Assembly (NCBI GenBank): GCA_964016885.1
Contig: OZ024742.1
Location: 140,182,001-140,246,000, forward strand
Reading direction: 5' to 3'
Source: Eledone cirrhosa
Lineage: Eukaryota
Length of the DNA: 64,000 bases
The notes under the pieces were generated by a model that was not told where the DNA came from, did not search any database, and saw only the letters and a program-made list of their open reading frames with translations. The number at the start of each line of letters is the position of its first letter. The stretch's first letter is position 1. Made by a program: the position numbers and the translations under genes. This document shows, piece by piece, positions 25,018 to 38,691 of this stretch.

Positions 25018-26180
25018 TCTTTCTTTCTCTTAATTTCATGTATATTTTTTTTGACCAGCCACCTTCCTGGTGGCAAGGTTGTAAATGAAAAGAAATTGTC
25101 ATCCCTTGAATCGCAAGAATGTTTTGCAAATTTTGAAGGTGCCAGCTATCGCAGCCATTTGTAGACTATGAATTAGGGAGCTGCGCTTTTTGTCCACAAA
25201 TCCAAGTTCAGTCATACTTTGGTCCAAGCGGGTTGGTATATAACCCGTAGCTCCAATAATGATGGGTATGAAGCTAAAGGTGTATCTTGGATACTGGATT
25301 TGTAAACTCCTCATCAATGGTCCGTAGATGTCCTCCTTCTCCTGTATTTTTCTGACAACGTTTACATCAAGTGGGCAGCTGATCTCCACAACAGAACACG
25401 TTTTCAATGTGTGGTCCCAAACAACAACATCAGGCCGGTTGTGCTTTAATTTGGTGGCAGTTTTTATTTTCAGGTTCCACCAGTATTCCTTAGTGCCATC
25501 TGTCTCAATATATTCTTCCTCATTTGTTGTTAATTTTGTTTTCCGAAGTGCATTCCAGATGGTTCTAGCTATCCCATCGTGTCTCATGGGGAGGTAGTAG
25601 TGAGATGACATTCTTTCGCAGTTGGCCACAATGTGGCTTACATCCTCGATCTTTGTTTTACATAGCCTACATTTATTGTTTGCTGCTGGCCCTCCCCTTT
25701 TGTGCAGCAGATATTTGGTAGGGAGTTCTTGTTCCTGTATTGCATAGAGATATCCCTCAAGGTGTGATGTCAATTATTTGTCGGAACTCCATGCCAGGCT
25801 TTTTGAGTGGTTTATCCCCTCTATGGTCTGTGTTTTACGTCTCAAGTATCCATGCACAACTTTTTCTGTAAATTGGTCAATTTTTTCATCTTGTTTGAAC
25901 ATTGAATAGGATATTCCGATTTCTCTGGGTGAGAGATTTATATCAGGCTTTATTCCATATCTCTCCTCCAGATCAGTCGCTATTCTAATGATATTTTTTC
26001 TTTCATGCTCATAAACCTGGGCAAGATGGTTGCCAACCTTTTTCCTCTGTTAAAGGTGTTGCTTCAGTGTTACTTTCCCGGTCTCATATGTTGTTAATAT
26101 GGATTTTAGACCCCGGCCACCTTCCTTGCGTGAGAAGTATAGCCTATCCACATCACCATTGATGTTAAAGTTCCCAGTAA
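25018..26180 (-). mobile_element. R4/Dong-like LINE family B, 5'-truncated copy (B2)
   Basis: ORF 25099..25773 carries an intact CCHC, RHD and PD..EISCP RLE; near-identical to B1; 3'UTR hairpin gccacc/ggtggc. Confidence 0.9.
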
Positions 26181-26232
26181 TGTATGTATGGATGGATGTA
26201 TGGATGTATGGATGTATGGATGGATGGATGGA

Positions 26233-29200
26233 TGTTCTTTCTTTCTTTCTTTCTTTCTTCCTTCTGATTTTATAATTTCAGAAAGTTTTACCAATAGAGA
26301 GAGAGTCGGTTTCTAACATAGACACAAGACTCTCTCATTGGAATTTACACAACATCAACTAGGTAGATATGTATGGATGTTATTGTATGTGTGGATGTGG
26401 ATGTTTTGAGTTGTATGTGTGCATGTGTATATGCTTTGTATCTGTACATGTGTATATGCAGTTATTAGATGCAAAATTTTTGGAATGTTTTACATATTTT
26501 TACTGTTCCATTAATGGATTGTACTTGTAGTTTCCTAACTAGTTGTGTTCTTTCTGTTCCTGTGAAGCCTAGCTTCTCAAGATTTGTATTGAGGCAGTTA
26601 CTAACATACCCCAGTGCCCCAATAATCACAGGCATAAATCTGAAGGTGTAATCAGGGTGGAGTATCTGCAGATTTCTCATCAGTTCTGCATAAATATTCT
26701 CTTTTTCACTAATCTTTGATATTATATTGGCATCTGCTGGGCAGCTAATTTCCACTACTGTGCATGTTTTCTTCTCCCTGTCCCATATCATAATATCTGC
26801 TCTGTTATGCCTGCATTTTATTGGGGTTCTTACTGGAACATTCCAGCAGTACTCTTTCATATTATGTACATGGATGTCTTCCACATTGTTGTAGCTTTTA
26901 ATGTGTTTATTATCGGGGCTATCTTTTTTACGAACTGCATTGTACAGTGTTTTGGCCACTACATCATGCCTCATAGGTAGATAGTACCGCGATGACATCT
27001 TTGGACAGCTGCTGATGACATGGGTGATATCCTCGATGTTAGTTCTGCAGAGTCTGCACTTGTTATCACATCTAGGTGTTTTGCCTGCATCCCTATCTCT
27101 TTTGTGAATCAGGTATTTCGTGCTAATCTTCTGATCTTGGATTGCAAAAGCATATCCTTCAAAGTGGGAGCCAATATAGCGGTTGTTGGTCCAAGATAGA
27201 CTACTTTCCTTATCTATATTACTCTCACTCTTGAGCTTCCTGGCAACATATCCATGCATGATTTTTTGCTGATAAGCATGCAGTTTTTCATCCATGGATT
27301 CACTGCGATATTGCTGAGCGACATCCCTGGGTGTGAGTTTTTGATTATCACACAGGGAATATCTCTCAAGGAGTTTCTTCCCAACTCTCATGATCCTATC
27401 TGTTTCATGCAGATAGACTTGCTCGAGAAGCAGGCTCCTGATGTTAGGCCTCTGCCTCCCTGCTTACGTTTCAAGTAAAGGCGGTCTATGTCACTGTTGA
27501 TGTGGAAGTTTCCGGTGTTGTTCAGTATTTTTCGAGTTCCAACATCAACTGCTCGGATTTCGTCTATCGTCCAATTGAGTATTCCAAACGTTGGTGTTAG
27601 GACAGGCACAGCAAACACATTGTGAGCCACTGTTTTGTTTTGCGCAGAGAGTTACGATGACCAGATCTTTCTTAATCGGGTGTCGTATTCCCTGGTTACG
27701 CGTTCTTTATTACAGATACCATTTTAGGATATGTTCTCATCTATCCCCAGGTATCTGTAACAGTCCTCATCAGATATCAGTGAAACAGTTAGACCATTGA
27801 TGACAATGTTGCTAGATTGGGTTGTTGTTTTCCCCCGCTTTACAGTCATGTATGAGCATTTATCTTTGCCAAACTCCATTCCTATATCCTTTGAGAACGT
27901 TGTAACCAGGTCAAGATTTTTCTTCATCCCATCCATGTTCTTGGCATAGAGTTTCAGATCGTCCACAAAGAAGTTATGGGTTAGGTTCGTATTTCTGTCC
28001 TCCTGTGAGCCAATGATGTATCCCTCACATTTCTTGAGCAGAAAGGACAAGGGGTTTAATGACAAGATGAACAATATCACGGAGAGACTGTCTCCCTGAA
28101 ATATACCCCTGCAATATTTTATTTTATCAGTGAAAATAGAGTCCTCCCTCTCTGTCTTTAACCTTAGGATAGTAGCCCAAGAAGAAGACAGCTTCTCTAT
28201 GGCTCTGACAATAATGTCTGGGACTTTAGCAAGTTGGAGGGCCTCTATCATCCAAGAGTGGGGAACAGAATCGAAAGCTTTCTTGTAGTCAGTCCAGCCA
28301 GACTGTAGTCATATTCCTCCTAAGTTGTCTCACCTCCGACATCGTAGTTTTGTTGATTAGGAGTTGTTCAGCACATCCCCAAACCCTTTTCTTTCCAGCT
28401 GTTTGTTCATCTGTGATGATGTTATTATTTTCACAGTGATCTTAGAAGAATAGGTTCAGGCAGGCTGTATACATCTTATACATCAGGTTCTGGCATGCAA
28501 TGGGTCGGTAGTTTTTTGCCAAGTCGGTGTCTTTGTTCTTGGGGACCAGTAACGTTTGTGCTAATGTCAACCATTCTGGTATAAGTGTATCTCCCTTAAG
28601 AACTTGTTGGTAGAGGTCAGTAAGATACCTCCGATAGAATATTAGTTTTTTGTACCAGTAGCCGACAATCATGTCTCTTCCTGGTGTTTTCTTATCTTGG
28701 AGTTTTCCTATCACAGTCTCAAGGGTATCCTCACTTATTTTGTATGTTTTTGTTGTAGTGTAGGAGCAATAGTTCTTTCGGATTTCTCTTAGCCACACTG
28801 CATCTTGGTTGAAATTCTTCTTTTCACCCCATATTTTTCTCCAAAAGGAATCTATGTCTTTCTAGGATGGGGCCTCAGTGACACTTATTATTTTGCCCTT
28901 CATATCTCTATAGACTGATGTTTGGTCTCGTCTGAATCTTTTATTAAGCATTTCTCTCTCATCTACCTTCTTCAGGTATCGGCGTTTTTCGCTAACAGCT
29001 CTCAATTCTTGTTTGAGGGTGATCAGTTTATATTGGAGAGTTCTGGTTCTACTGTTACCAAACATCGTCTCTATTTTATTTTTCACTCTTTGTTGGTGAG
29101 GAGTGAGGTTTTTTTGTGTTTGTTTGCATGTAAGGAGCATTGTCACATGTCCTATGTTTTTTCGTAGGTCAGCACTCTTTTTTTCTATTTTAGTTATATA

Positions 29201-29322
29201 TGATGGTATTTTTGGTGGTGTTTTGTTCTTATTAATATCTCTGCTATCACCAAGATAATGCTTCACTGTCATTGCTAAGGCATATAAACAGGCGTTGATT
29301 TGCCAAAATGTTGGGGTTTTTA
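26233..29322 (-). mobile_element. R4/Dong-like LINE family A, 5'-truncated and frameshifted (A2)
   Basis: RT pieces (NYRPIAC; GIFQGDSLS; FFVDD) and C-terminal CRLC..HVISSC, RHD, EISCP in ORFs 26465..27391, 27724..28251 and 28442..28798. Confidence 0.9.
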
Positions 29323-29426
29323 TACATATGCATGCATGCATGCATGCATGTATGTATGTATGTATGTATGTATGTATGTATGTATGCATGCATGCATGCA
29401 TGCATGCATGCATGCATGTATGTATG
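29323..29426. repeat. (CATG)n-(TATG)n-(CATG)n compound microsatellite
   Basis: Direct reading. Confidence 0.95.
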
Positions 29427-29560
29427 ATAACATATTGTTCAAATCTATATTTATGAGAAGTAGAGTGTGGATCATATAAGGTTTTCTGCTTTACACTTAA
29501 GCTTTTACTATTATAATACCATATTTGTGTGTATACCATCATCATTATTTTTCTGTTAGA

Positions 29561-29752
29561 AAGGCGGTGGATTGGCAGTATCGGTAGAGGGTCGGACGCC
29601 ATGCTTTGAAGCATAGAGTTACCTCCCTGTAAGATCTGAGTTCAAATCCCACCGTGGTTAACTTTGCCTTTCATCCTTACGGGGTCGATAAAATAAAGTA
29701 CCAGTAATGCACTGGGTAATTGATGGCCTTGTGTCAAAAGTAGAAACAATTA
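29561..29752 (+). mobile_element. Young short tRNA-SINE with TSD
   Basis: Same family as 22637; flanking direct repeat ATTATTTTTCTGTTAGA. Confidence 0.92.
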
Positions 29753-29764
29753 TTTTTCTGTTAG

Positions 29765-30835
29765 ATGAATCTTTTCCAGCACAGCCTCCCTTCATGCATT
29801 ACATTCCTTCATCAGTGTCTTACAATTGCTGTCCAGATCTTCACAGCAGCTTCCCTCCACTGGAATTTCTTGTCATTTCTTCATCCAGTGATTATCTTCT
29901 CTTCTGCACATTATATCTGATTCCTCTTATACCCAGCTTTTCTCTAAGCTCATCCATGCTTTGTTGTTCATACAGTTTAACAGTGTACATTCATTGGAGC
30001 AAGCTTGCTTGCTTCATTACTCTGCAGTCACTGCTCATGTCTCATTACCATGCAACAGCCAGCTTTTCATTTGTAGAGAGAAACCTTTTGTTGTCACCAG
30101 AAGTTGACACTGAACTCTTCCATCCTGTTCTTATTCTAGCTCCAATGCTCTCAGAGCAGCCTCTTCCATGACGAATTAGATTAGCTAGGGAGCAGAAGTT
30201 ATCAACTACTTTTATGGATCTTGGAATTGGAAACATTTTCTTTGACTGATGCTCTTACTACCAACTATCCTTGTGCATTTGCCACACACAAAGTTACGTT
30301 TTCTGTTAGTTTACCTCCTATCTCACAACATCTCTTGTGTACACAAGATTTACATAGACTTTCAACCTACTCGAGCAAAGCTTCTTCCATCATGGGATCA
30401 AGGTCCTGTCTTCTTTCCTAATTTCTAAAACTTAAATTTTTCTTTAGTTTACTCTTTGCCTCTTTGATTCTAATTTCTCTTTCTAAAGCTGGAATTTCTT
30501 CTCTAGCTCTTTCACAGTTTCAACAATAGCAACCAGGTTCTCAGCATACTGAAATTCACATGAACAGCCAGTCTTAAACTCATCCTATTAGTGTCTGGAT
30601 TACTATAAATAACTATAAATAAACAGGAGTGGATTGTAAACTGAGCTTTGATGAACACCTACCTGCACATTGAATTCCTCACTTTACTAACAGCTCTTCT
30701 GTACATGGCTTGCACTGTTCTCACAAGCCATTCTTCTATGCCTATTTTTGTTAAGGACCACCAGATGACAGGTCGCGGTACTCTGTCACAGGTCTTTTCT
30801 AGATGAAGAAAACCTAAATTTAGTGGCATAGGTAA
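29765..30835 (-). mobile_element. Older RTE (PHD family) internal fragment
   Basis: KVVDNFCSL.NLI..G.GCSESI.ARIRTGWK; upstream degenerate QVGVHQSS and EWLVRTVQAMY motifs. Confidence 0.75.
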
Positions 30836-30837
30836 AT

Positions 30838-30840
<3 letters not shown>

Positions 30841-30919
<79 letters not shown>
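30841..30919. repeat. (CT)n microsatellite
   Basis: Pure CT run. Confidence 0.98.
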
Positions 30920-30922
<3 letters not shown>

Positions 30923-31427
30923 TTAAATTTGCTGGTTTACCACTGGGTAGAATTGGTCATTCTGCAATGTTAATCATGATGTAATATGAGAAAAGGACTT
31001 GACGTTATGCTGCAACTCATCCATTTTCAATGTTGGATCATGTTCGTGGTGCAAGAATGGAGTAAATGTATTATAAAATGAAATGACAGGAGACCAAATA
31101 TGTTGAATTTTCCTTACTTTTTTTTTTATTACTGTAAACACAATGGTAAGCTGTCACATTGCTTGCCCACCTCAGGGGTGGGTGAGAAATGTGGTAGCAT
31201 GCTACTACGTCCGTCTCTGGGTCAAAAACATAGCATACACTTTTTCCTCTCTGTTTTTTTCTTTGCTTGTTTCCTTAAAGCTCCGTTGGTATACATCTAT
31301 TACGCAATTTACACCTAATGAGATCACCGGGTTCTTATGCAACCTGACTATTGAAATGTGCATAATCTTTACAGTAATAAACAAAATTAAAGAAATTCAG
31401 CCTATTTGGCCTCCTGTCATTTCATTT

Positions 31428-31437
31428 TATATATATA

Positions 31438-31495
<58 letters not shown>

Positions 31496-31525
31496 TGCAC
31501 GCACGCACGCGCGCGCGCGCGCGCA
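31428..31525. repeat. (TA)n-(CA)n-(CG)n alternating purine-pyrimidine tract
   Basis: Direct reading. Confidence 0.95.
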
Positions 31526-31744
31526 TGTCCACTCATACTATACGATTACTATACGATTAATGAATTAGTTTTTGGTTTCAAGGGAGGTAACTCATGAGTC
31601 GTTATTGAACTTATTTCTGGACTGCTTTAGTAAATGCGTGTATTATAGCTGGGAAGGCAATGAACAAATTTACAAAAATATTTGATTTATTTCTAATTAA
31701 TAATTATTTGTAATTAAAAACATTTCCTGGCTACTGTATTTTTG

Positions 31745-32127
31745 GAACACCAACCTCCACTGTTAATTTGTTCACTCAGATAACAGAAGCCATCAACTAT
31801 TTCTACAGAGCCCTCTTGGCATTTGAAGGAGCTAGTATCCTGTGAGCTCTTGCTTCTTACTGTACCTGTGCATCAACCACATATAAAACCTACGTTCTTT
31901 GCTAGCCTGCCTGAGATCTCACTACATCTCTTGTGTACACATAGTTTGTATTTGGACACAGAATGGAATTTTTTCCTTATCCTTTCCTGCACATTGAACA
32001 AGGCCATTTCCCTGAGGGAATCGGGGCCCTATTTTCCTTTCTACATGCTAGGACTTTAGTCAAGTTTACTTTAAGGTCTTTTGATTCTAGGCCATGCTTC
32101 CAGGTTTGGAATTTCTTCACTAATTTT
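31745..32127 (-). mobile_element. RTE (PHD family) internal fragment
   Basis: Reverse complement matches 53750-54130 (KFQTWK.GLE, GKWPCS.CRK, VHKRCS). Confidence 0.8.
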
Positions 32128-34929
32128 GACACACACACAATGTGTGTGTTATTTTGGTAAAAGGCATATTATTACATGCAATTATGAGTAAGCACTTTAT
32201 TATTCATTCGCCTATATGCATTGCAATCCCCCCACACACTTACATGCATACACACATACACGGCTATTGATTTTCATTCTTGATTGATTTTGATTCACTT
32301 ATGGTATCAATGCCCTTGGGAAAGACTTCTCTTTACTTACTCTGTTGAAATATTTGTATAGTGCTATGGTTATTAGTGAATATGTGTTATTATTGATGGA
32401 TGCAGTATGGCCAAATGTTTAAAAGATTTACTTTGCAATGATTATGAACCAGGTTCAATCTCACTGTATGCCATCTTGGGAAAGAATCATTTACTATAGC
32501 TTTGGGTTGACCAATGTGATGTAAGTGAAACAGTGGTTGACAAAAACCTTTTGGAAGCCTATCAGATGGACTGTACCTGTAAAAAAAAATGAAGGTGGAG
32601 GGATTTTGTAATATTGTATAACTAACTTTTTCATTATTAAGTTGACATTTAGACCATAACTAATAAAGATTCTTACATGAAATTATGATGGAAAGTTTTT
32701 AGATAAATATAAATATATTTTAGAACAAATAGTTTTGCATTATAAAACCAGGAGCATTTTCAGGCAGTTTGGTATCAAAAGGTTTCGTTCTAAAATTCAA
32801 CTAGTTTTCTTTATTTTCTACTTTATATCTTAAATGTCATTAAAAAAAAAGTTAGAAATCATTTTATTAGACTAAGCAAGTGGATAATAACAAAAAAATG
32901 AGTCAGATAGAAAAAAAAACTTGCACACCCCTTCAGTTACACACAACAGGGATGGGTTGAAAATAATTGTGGTTTGATGTCTTAATCATAAAGACAGCAT
33001 GACTGACATATATCATCATGACCATTTTAAGTATATGTTCTATGCTTGCATAGGTTAAGATGAGCTGTCACATACTGAGGCTAGATTAGTCAAGTGACTA
33101 CATTATGATCTGCTCATATGTTCTGTTTTTGGCTTGGTTTTTCCAGCTGGATTTCCTTCCTATAACCAACAATTTTGCAGTGTGTACTGTGAGCATTTTA
33201 TTGTGACCTTAGAAGGTGGAGTGGGCATTTTTTGTCGTGGAACCAGCACTATTACCTTATGGTGTGGACTGGGTGTTTTTTATCATGGCACCAGCACTAC
33301 CTCATTGTAACGCTAGGGCATTTGGTGTGTCAGGCTGACAAGGCATTGATAGGAATGGTGGTAGTGTAAAAAAGTGAGTGTGCTGCAGGCTATATGCTGC
33401 TTGCCAGGGAGGGAGATATCCCACCATAGGAGAGGAAGCACCATGTCTTTGAGCTGACCCAGAAGTTTGTGGGTGGTATCTGACATATTATGGAATGTGC
33501 CTGGCTTTCCATTGGTTTGGACAGGAAAGTTGAGTCAGGGATATGTTTTATGTGTGTGGATATAAAAATTATAATTATTTAAGGTGAAAAAAGTTAGTGA
33601 CTTTTGATGTAGTCTTGAGGATAAATATGGAAGAAATGTAAAAATTAGTTTCTTTTGATGTTTTCAGAATAGCATTTTAAGGCCAGTTTCTCTGCTAAAG
33701 TAAGAGTTAGTCTTTCTGGGAGCCATGACACATTTTTATATTTTGCTCTATCTTCTCTATTTCCCTTTACTAACTCTCTGGTTTTCATTTCCTCCTTCAT
33801 AATCTTTAGCCATATATTTCTTGGTCTTCTATTTCCACTATTTCTTTCCACATTCATTTCCATCACACTTCTCACCCAGTCACTTTCATCCTTCATCTCA
33901 TTCCCTTTCTCTTCATAGCATTTACAACTGGTTCTGTTCACATCATCCTCTGCAATTCTTCTTTTTCAGAATAGCAACTCTACTTTCAAATGTAAAATAA
34001 GACACATTTTAAGTGTAAATAATACAAGTAGTATTAGAAATTATACCTGGTATATTATACTAATGAAAGACACTGTTTATAATTTCTAATCATTTTGAAA
34101 ATAATCAAAAATTTAGAGGGTAAAAAGTTTCTCATTATTCAGTTAGTGCTTTGAACATAAGAAAATTATGATTAAAAAAAAAAAAAAATAAACCCAATAT
34201 AATGAACAATTTTGTATTGTGGAACCAGAAGTAGAATTGGGAAGTTTAGTAATAAAAGGATTAAAAATATATTTACAATTTCTTAAATTTATTATCACTA
34301 AATATTCTTTCAAATTATTCTATAATATTCAATATTCTTGTCTAAAAATATTTTTCTAACTATAAAATAAATTTAATGCAAACAAATGTGAAAGCATTTA
34401 GTTCTCTTTATATAAATATAGTCATCATGCGGTCCTTTTTGAGGCAATGTTTGATGGCTGGATGCCTTTTCTGATACCAGCTCTTCTAGTCACCTCTTAT
34501 GATACACAGAGATACAGGGCACCTATTATATACCAGACACACATGGTAGTGACATGGGCATTAAGAGAGTCAAGAGTGGAGGTATAGTTGGTTAGAGTAG
34601 ATGATAATGTATGAGAACTTGCAAACAGATATAAAGACAAACAATGATGAGTTTGAGGTTAAGGTTTGAGTACATCAGGTGTTGCCCACTACTATTTGTA
34701 GTTGTGATGGAGGTACTAGCCTGAATCATAAAGGAGGATATTTTGTGGAAGTTGCAATATCTACATAATCTTTTAATATCAGAGAGTATGTATGGATTGA
34801 GACAGAAGATGAATAGGTGGAAAGAATCTATTGAGGTAAACAGTATGAAGGTGAATATCAGAAAAAAAAAACTGAAAAAAACTCTGGGAAACTAAATCAG
34901 AACAACCTGCCATCCCCTGCACATAATCA

Positions 34930-37840
34930 TAGACTGGAATCAAGGTACAAATTGTTGTCCTTGAATGCATGTAGTCTATGCAATAAGATACATCTTTTTG
35001 ACTCCTACGTCAAAAGTATCAACTCTGACTTCATTACATTCATGGAAACATGGGCACATTCCTTACTCTGTGATGGGGTTTTCAGCCTAACTGGCTACAA
35101 CTTGTTTCGTAAAGACCGCATTAATCGTGGTGGTGGTGGTGTAATTGTCTACGTTCGGTCAAATTTTTCGGCAATTCCTTATGTTGATTTGAACCAATCA
35201 CAGCAAGAAGTATTTTTCTGCGATATACGTATGACCATGTCAACACTGCTACTTGGAGTCATTTACCATCCCCCAAATTACCATCAGGACACTCAACTTT
35301 GTGATATTCTCAGAGTTGCTGCCAAGAAAACAGCCACTTATATTTTTATTGCAGGAGACTTCGATCACCCTGAGATTGACTGGGAAACCTTTCGTTGGCC
35401 GCAAAGTGCAAATGACTTCCTTGAGCTAGTGCTGGACTCGAACTGGTCCCAAGTAGTCACCTCCCCAACAAGAGGTGACAACACTTTGGATCTACTCTTC
35501 ACCACTATTCCTGAAATGGTTATTAGTGTTACGACTGAGGAACCTTTAGATGACTCTGATCATGCTATGATCATTGCCAATCTATCCCTCATGGGCAGTA
35601 ACAAAAACCACAACCATCTCCAAACTGCTCACTTCGACTGGAACTGTTACTGCACCGAGTTGCAACGTCCAAACTGGCTTGAGTTCTACGACTCTGGAGA
35701 TGTCAACACTGTACTCCAGAACATCCTGAACTCAATATGGACAGCATGTGCAGCATCGGTGCCACGTAAGCCGAAAAAACATCCCAAAAGTGCAATTTGG
35801 GAGACTACAGCAGTCCGTCTTGCTAGAAAAGAACGTTGTAATGCTGAGCGTGAGTACAAACTGCATAAATCAGATATCAATAGGAAAAAGCGAAATAAAT
35901 CATCCAACCATCTCAAACAGGTGACAAAAAAGGCAGTGCTTCAATTTGAGCAGCGCATAGCAACCAGCTCTGACAGTAAGGCGTTCTGGAAGTATGTTCA
36001 TTCAAAGCAGAGGCCTCACTCTCCAGTTGGTCCTCTTCGCAATCCCCACACAAACCAGGTTACTGACAACCCCAAGTAATGCGCAGAACTGATTGCTGAA
36101 TGCTATGCAGGCATTTTCACTATTGAAGACCAGAGTGTACCGTCTCCACCACCTCTGACATCGGATTCTATTACAACTATGGAATTTACACCTACAATGC
36201 TGCGACATCACCTTAAAAATAAACTCAACCATGTCTCTCCTGGTCTTGGTGTTACATACCTGATTCTCAAACGTGGTGGGTACTTCCTTCTTCCAATTCT
36301 GTCTGAACAACGGTGCTACTCCAGAACAGTGGAAAACTGCCAGTGTCATTTCTCTGTTCAAAAATGGTGACCGCACATCACCTGTGAACTATCGTCCAGT
36401 CAGTCTTACTAGCTGCTTTGCGAAACTGTTGGAATCCTGTGTCAGAGAAACGCTTTGGAACTTCTGGAACTCTCACAGTCTTATCCGGCCCTCGCAATTT
36501 GGATTTATCCCTAACTCCAGCTGCTATGATCAACTTATTGAGTTTCTTGAAGACATCACCTGGATCACTGATGGCGGCTCATGGATGGATGTTGTTTAGC
36601 TTGACTTTGCTAAAGCTATCAATTCTGTGTCACACTTATGGCAAAACTCTCTGCAATGGGTGTGAAGGATGATCTTTTTTAACTGGTTGAAGTCCTTCAT
36701 TCTCAGTTGAAGAGAAGTAGTCACGGTTCTAGGACAGCATTCCTCACCATATGAGATGTCATCTGCTGTACCACAGGGATCTGTTCTTGGCCCCCTTTTG
36801 TTTGTGGCATATATTAATGACATAGATGCCAACTTAAAGAATGCCCAGTACTGAAATATGCAGATGACATCAAGCTGTACCTTGAGATAAAAAGGACAGA
36901 TCCTGAACACTATAGATCTTGCCTGCAATCTGACCTGGACACAATGCAACAATTGATCACAGACTGGCAACTCAAGCTGGCTGTGGACAAGTGTACCACC
37001 ATGCATTTTGGGAGTAAAAACCCAGCGTCCACATACTCCCTCCACAAAACTAATATCAAGAAGTCTTCTTGTGAACGTGACCTGGGCATTACGGTCAGCA
37101 GCGATTTGCGATGGACGAAGCACGTCTCTAAAATTGTCAAGAAGGCCGAGGGTGTCTTAGCATCACTCAGCAAGACCTTTGTCAGCAGCTCTCCAGCTAT
37201 CTATTTAAGGCTGTATATAGCTATGGTGCGGCCACACTTAGAATTTGCATCACCAGTCTGGAACCCCTATGTTGCTCAGAACATTGACCACCTGGAAACT
37301 GTTCAGAGACATGCAACCAAGCGAATACCCTCCATCAGGCATCTACCATACTCTGAACGTCTTGCTTCCCTGGGCATGGATACATTGAAGCTCCGACGTC
37401 TGGCAACTGACTTGGTAAACACCCACAAAATTATTAACCATGTTGCCAACAACAACCCTGAGTACCTTTTTGATTTCCATGTGTCTAACACACGTGGGCA
37501 TGCCCACAAAGTCAGAAAACAGCACAGCTCCCATGACCTTCGGAAACATTTTTTCACGCTCAGAGTTGCTGAAGCATGGAACAAACTACCTGCATCAGTT
37601 ATTAGCTGTCTAGACACTGCATCCTTTAAAACTTCCATGCTTCCTGAGATTCGCCAACACTACACCTAATATTCCCCCTCCATACACACGCACACATGTA
37701 TATCATGACTCATACACTATTCACTTCCCTGACATTTGTATATTATTCTATATACTATACATGCACCTTTGACGAGTTGTAGTGCACCTGAGCACTATAC
37801 ACAATAATTTCATTATTATTCATTATTATTATTATTATTA
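34930..37840 (+). mobile_element. CR1-clade LINE ORF2 pseudogene (APE + RT) with 3'UTR
   Basis: APE motifs ETW, GGGV..YV, GDFDHPEIDW, DNTLDLLFT, SDH; RT motifs NYRPVSLTS, VPQGSVLGP, YADD; C-terminus VRPHLE..SPVWNP, VQR.ATK, TRGH..K; 3' hairpin and (ATT)n tail; several stops and frameshifts. Confidence 0.92.
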
Positions 37841-37859
37841 TGAAGGTGATAGCAACCCG

Positions 37860-38050
37860 AAATTTGCCAATGCTACACCTGATATTCTTCTTCCATACAT
37901 ACGCATGTATGTATTGGTGTGTATATTAGGACTCGTACACTGTTCACTTTCCTGACATTTGTACATTATTCTATGTACTATACATGCACCTTTGATGAGT
38001 TGTAGTGCACCTGAGCACTGTACACAATAATTTTCATTATTATTATTATT
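37860..38050 (+). mobile_element. Second CR1 3'-end stub, in tandem
   Basis: Diverged repeat of 37648-37840 including the tgtagtgcacctgagcactgtac hairpin and (ATT)n. Confidence 0.85.
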
Positions 38051-38054
38051 TTAT

Positions 38055-38340
38055 ATAAAGCATGTGATGCGGTGGAAAAAAACAGGAAGGTGACTGTGTT
38101 CAGTGTTCAGGAAGGGTATTGGAGTAAACTCTGTTAAATTTATAATATGCACTGGGTGGGTACATCGAAAATGTAGTGGGATGAAAGGATTATTTGTTAG
38201 TGTGGCAGCTACATTTACATATAAAGAATTTATAGAGGTAGTTACAGATGAAGATGTTGAACTGAATCTTGGGAATGGTGTGAAGACAATAGGTGTGAAA
38301 ACATTTTGTTGCTTTAGACACATGTTTAGAGAAGACTGGA
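38055..38340 (+). mobile_element. Old RTE fragment with PHD remnant
   Basis: RKGIGVNSV..IICTGWVHRKCSGMKG...VKTFCCF. Confidence 0.6.
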
Positions 38341-38691
38341 AATAACAAAAATGAGATGGTTCAATGGATCAGTTAAGTACCACTGAGAGAGAGGAAGACA
38401 ATAGCTTGTAGAGTATGGGAATGGAATGAGATAGTTCGATCACGTGTTGAGGAAGGATGACAGTGACTGGGTGGAAGAAGAAATGGAAATGAATGTGAAA
38501 GGAAATAGAGGAAGGAGAAAACCAAGAAAGAGATAGCTAAAGATGATGGTGGAGGAAATGATAGCCAGGGTGTTGGTAAACGGGGTGTACAGAGGATAGT
38601 GCAAAATGGAGAGGCCTGTCATGGGACTTGCAAGGCTAACAACTGTTTTAGTGGGGAAAATCGCCTTAAAATGATTGTCATGTATTCTCTT

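Noticed and set aside
28862-29614. 250-aa ORF as a novel fusion gene
   Set aside because: Chance read-through from antisense SINE across a microsatellite into the truncated R4 ORF. ORFs 21218..21871 and 56265..56795 are likewise chimeras across insertion or inversion junctions.
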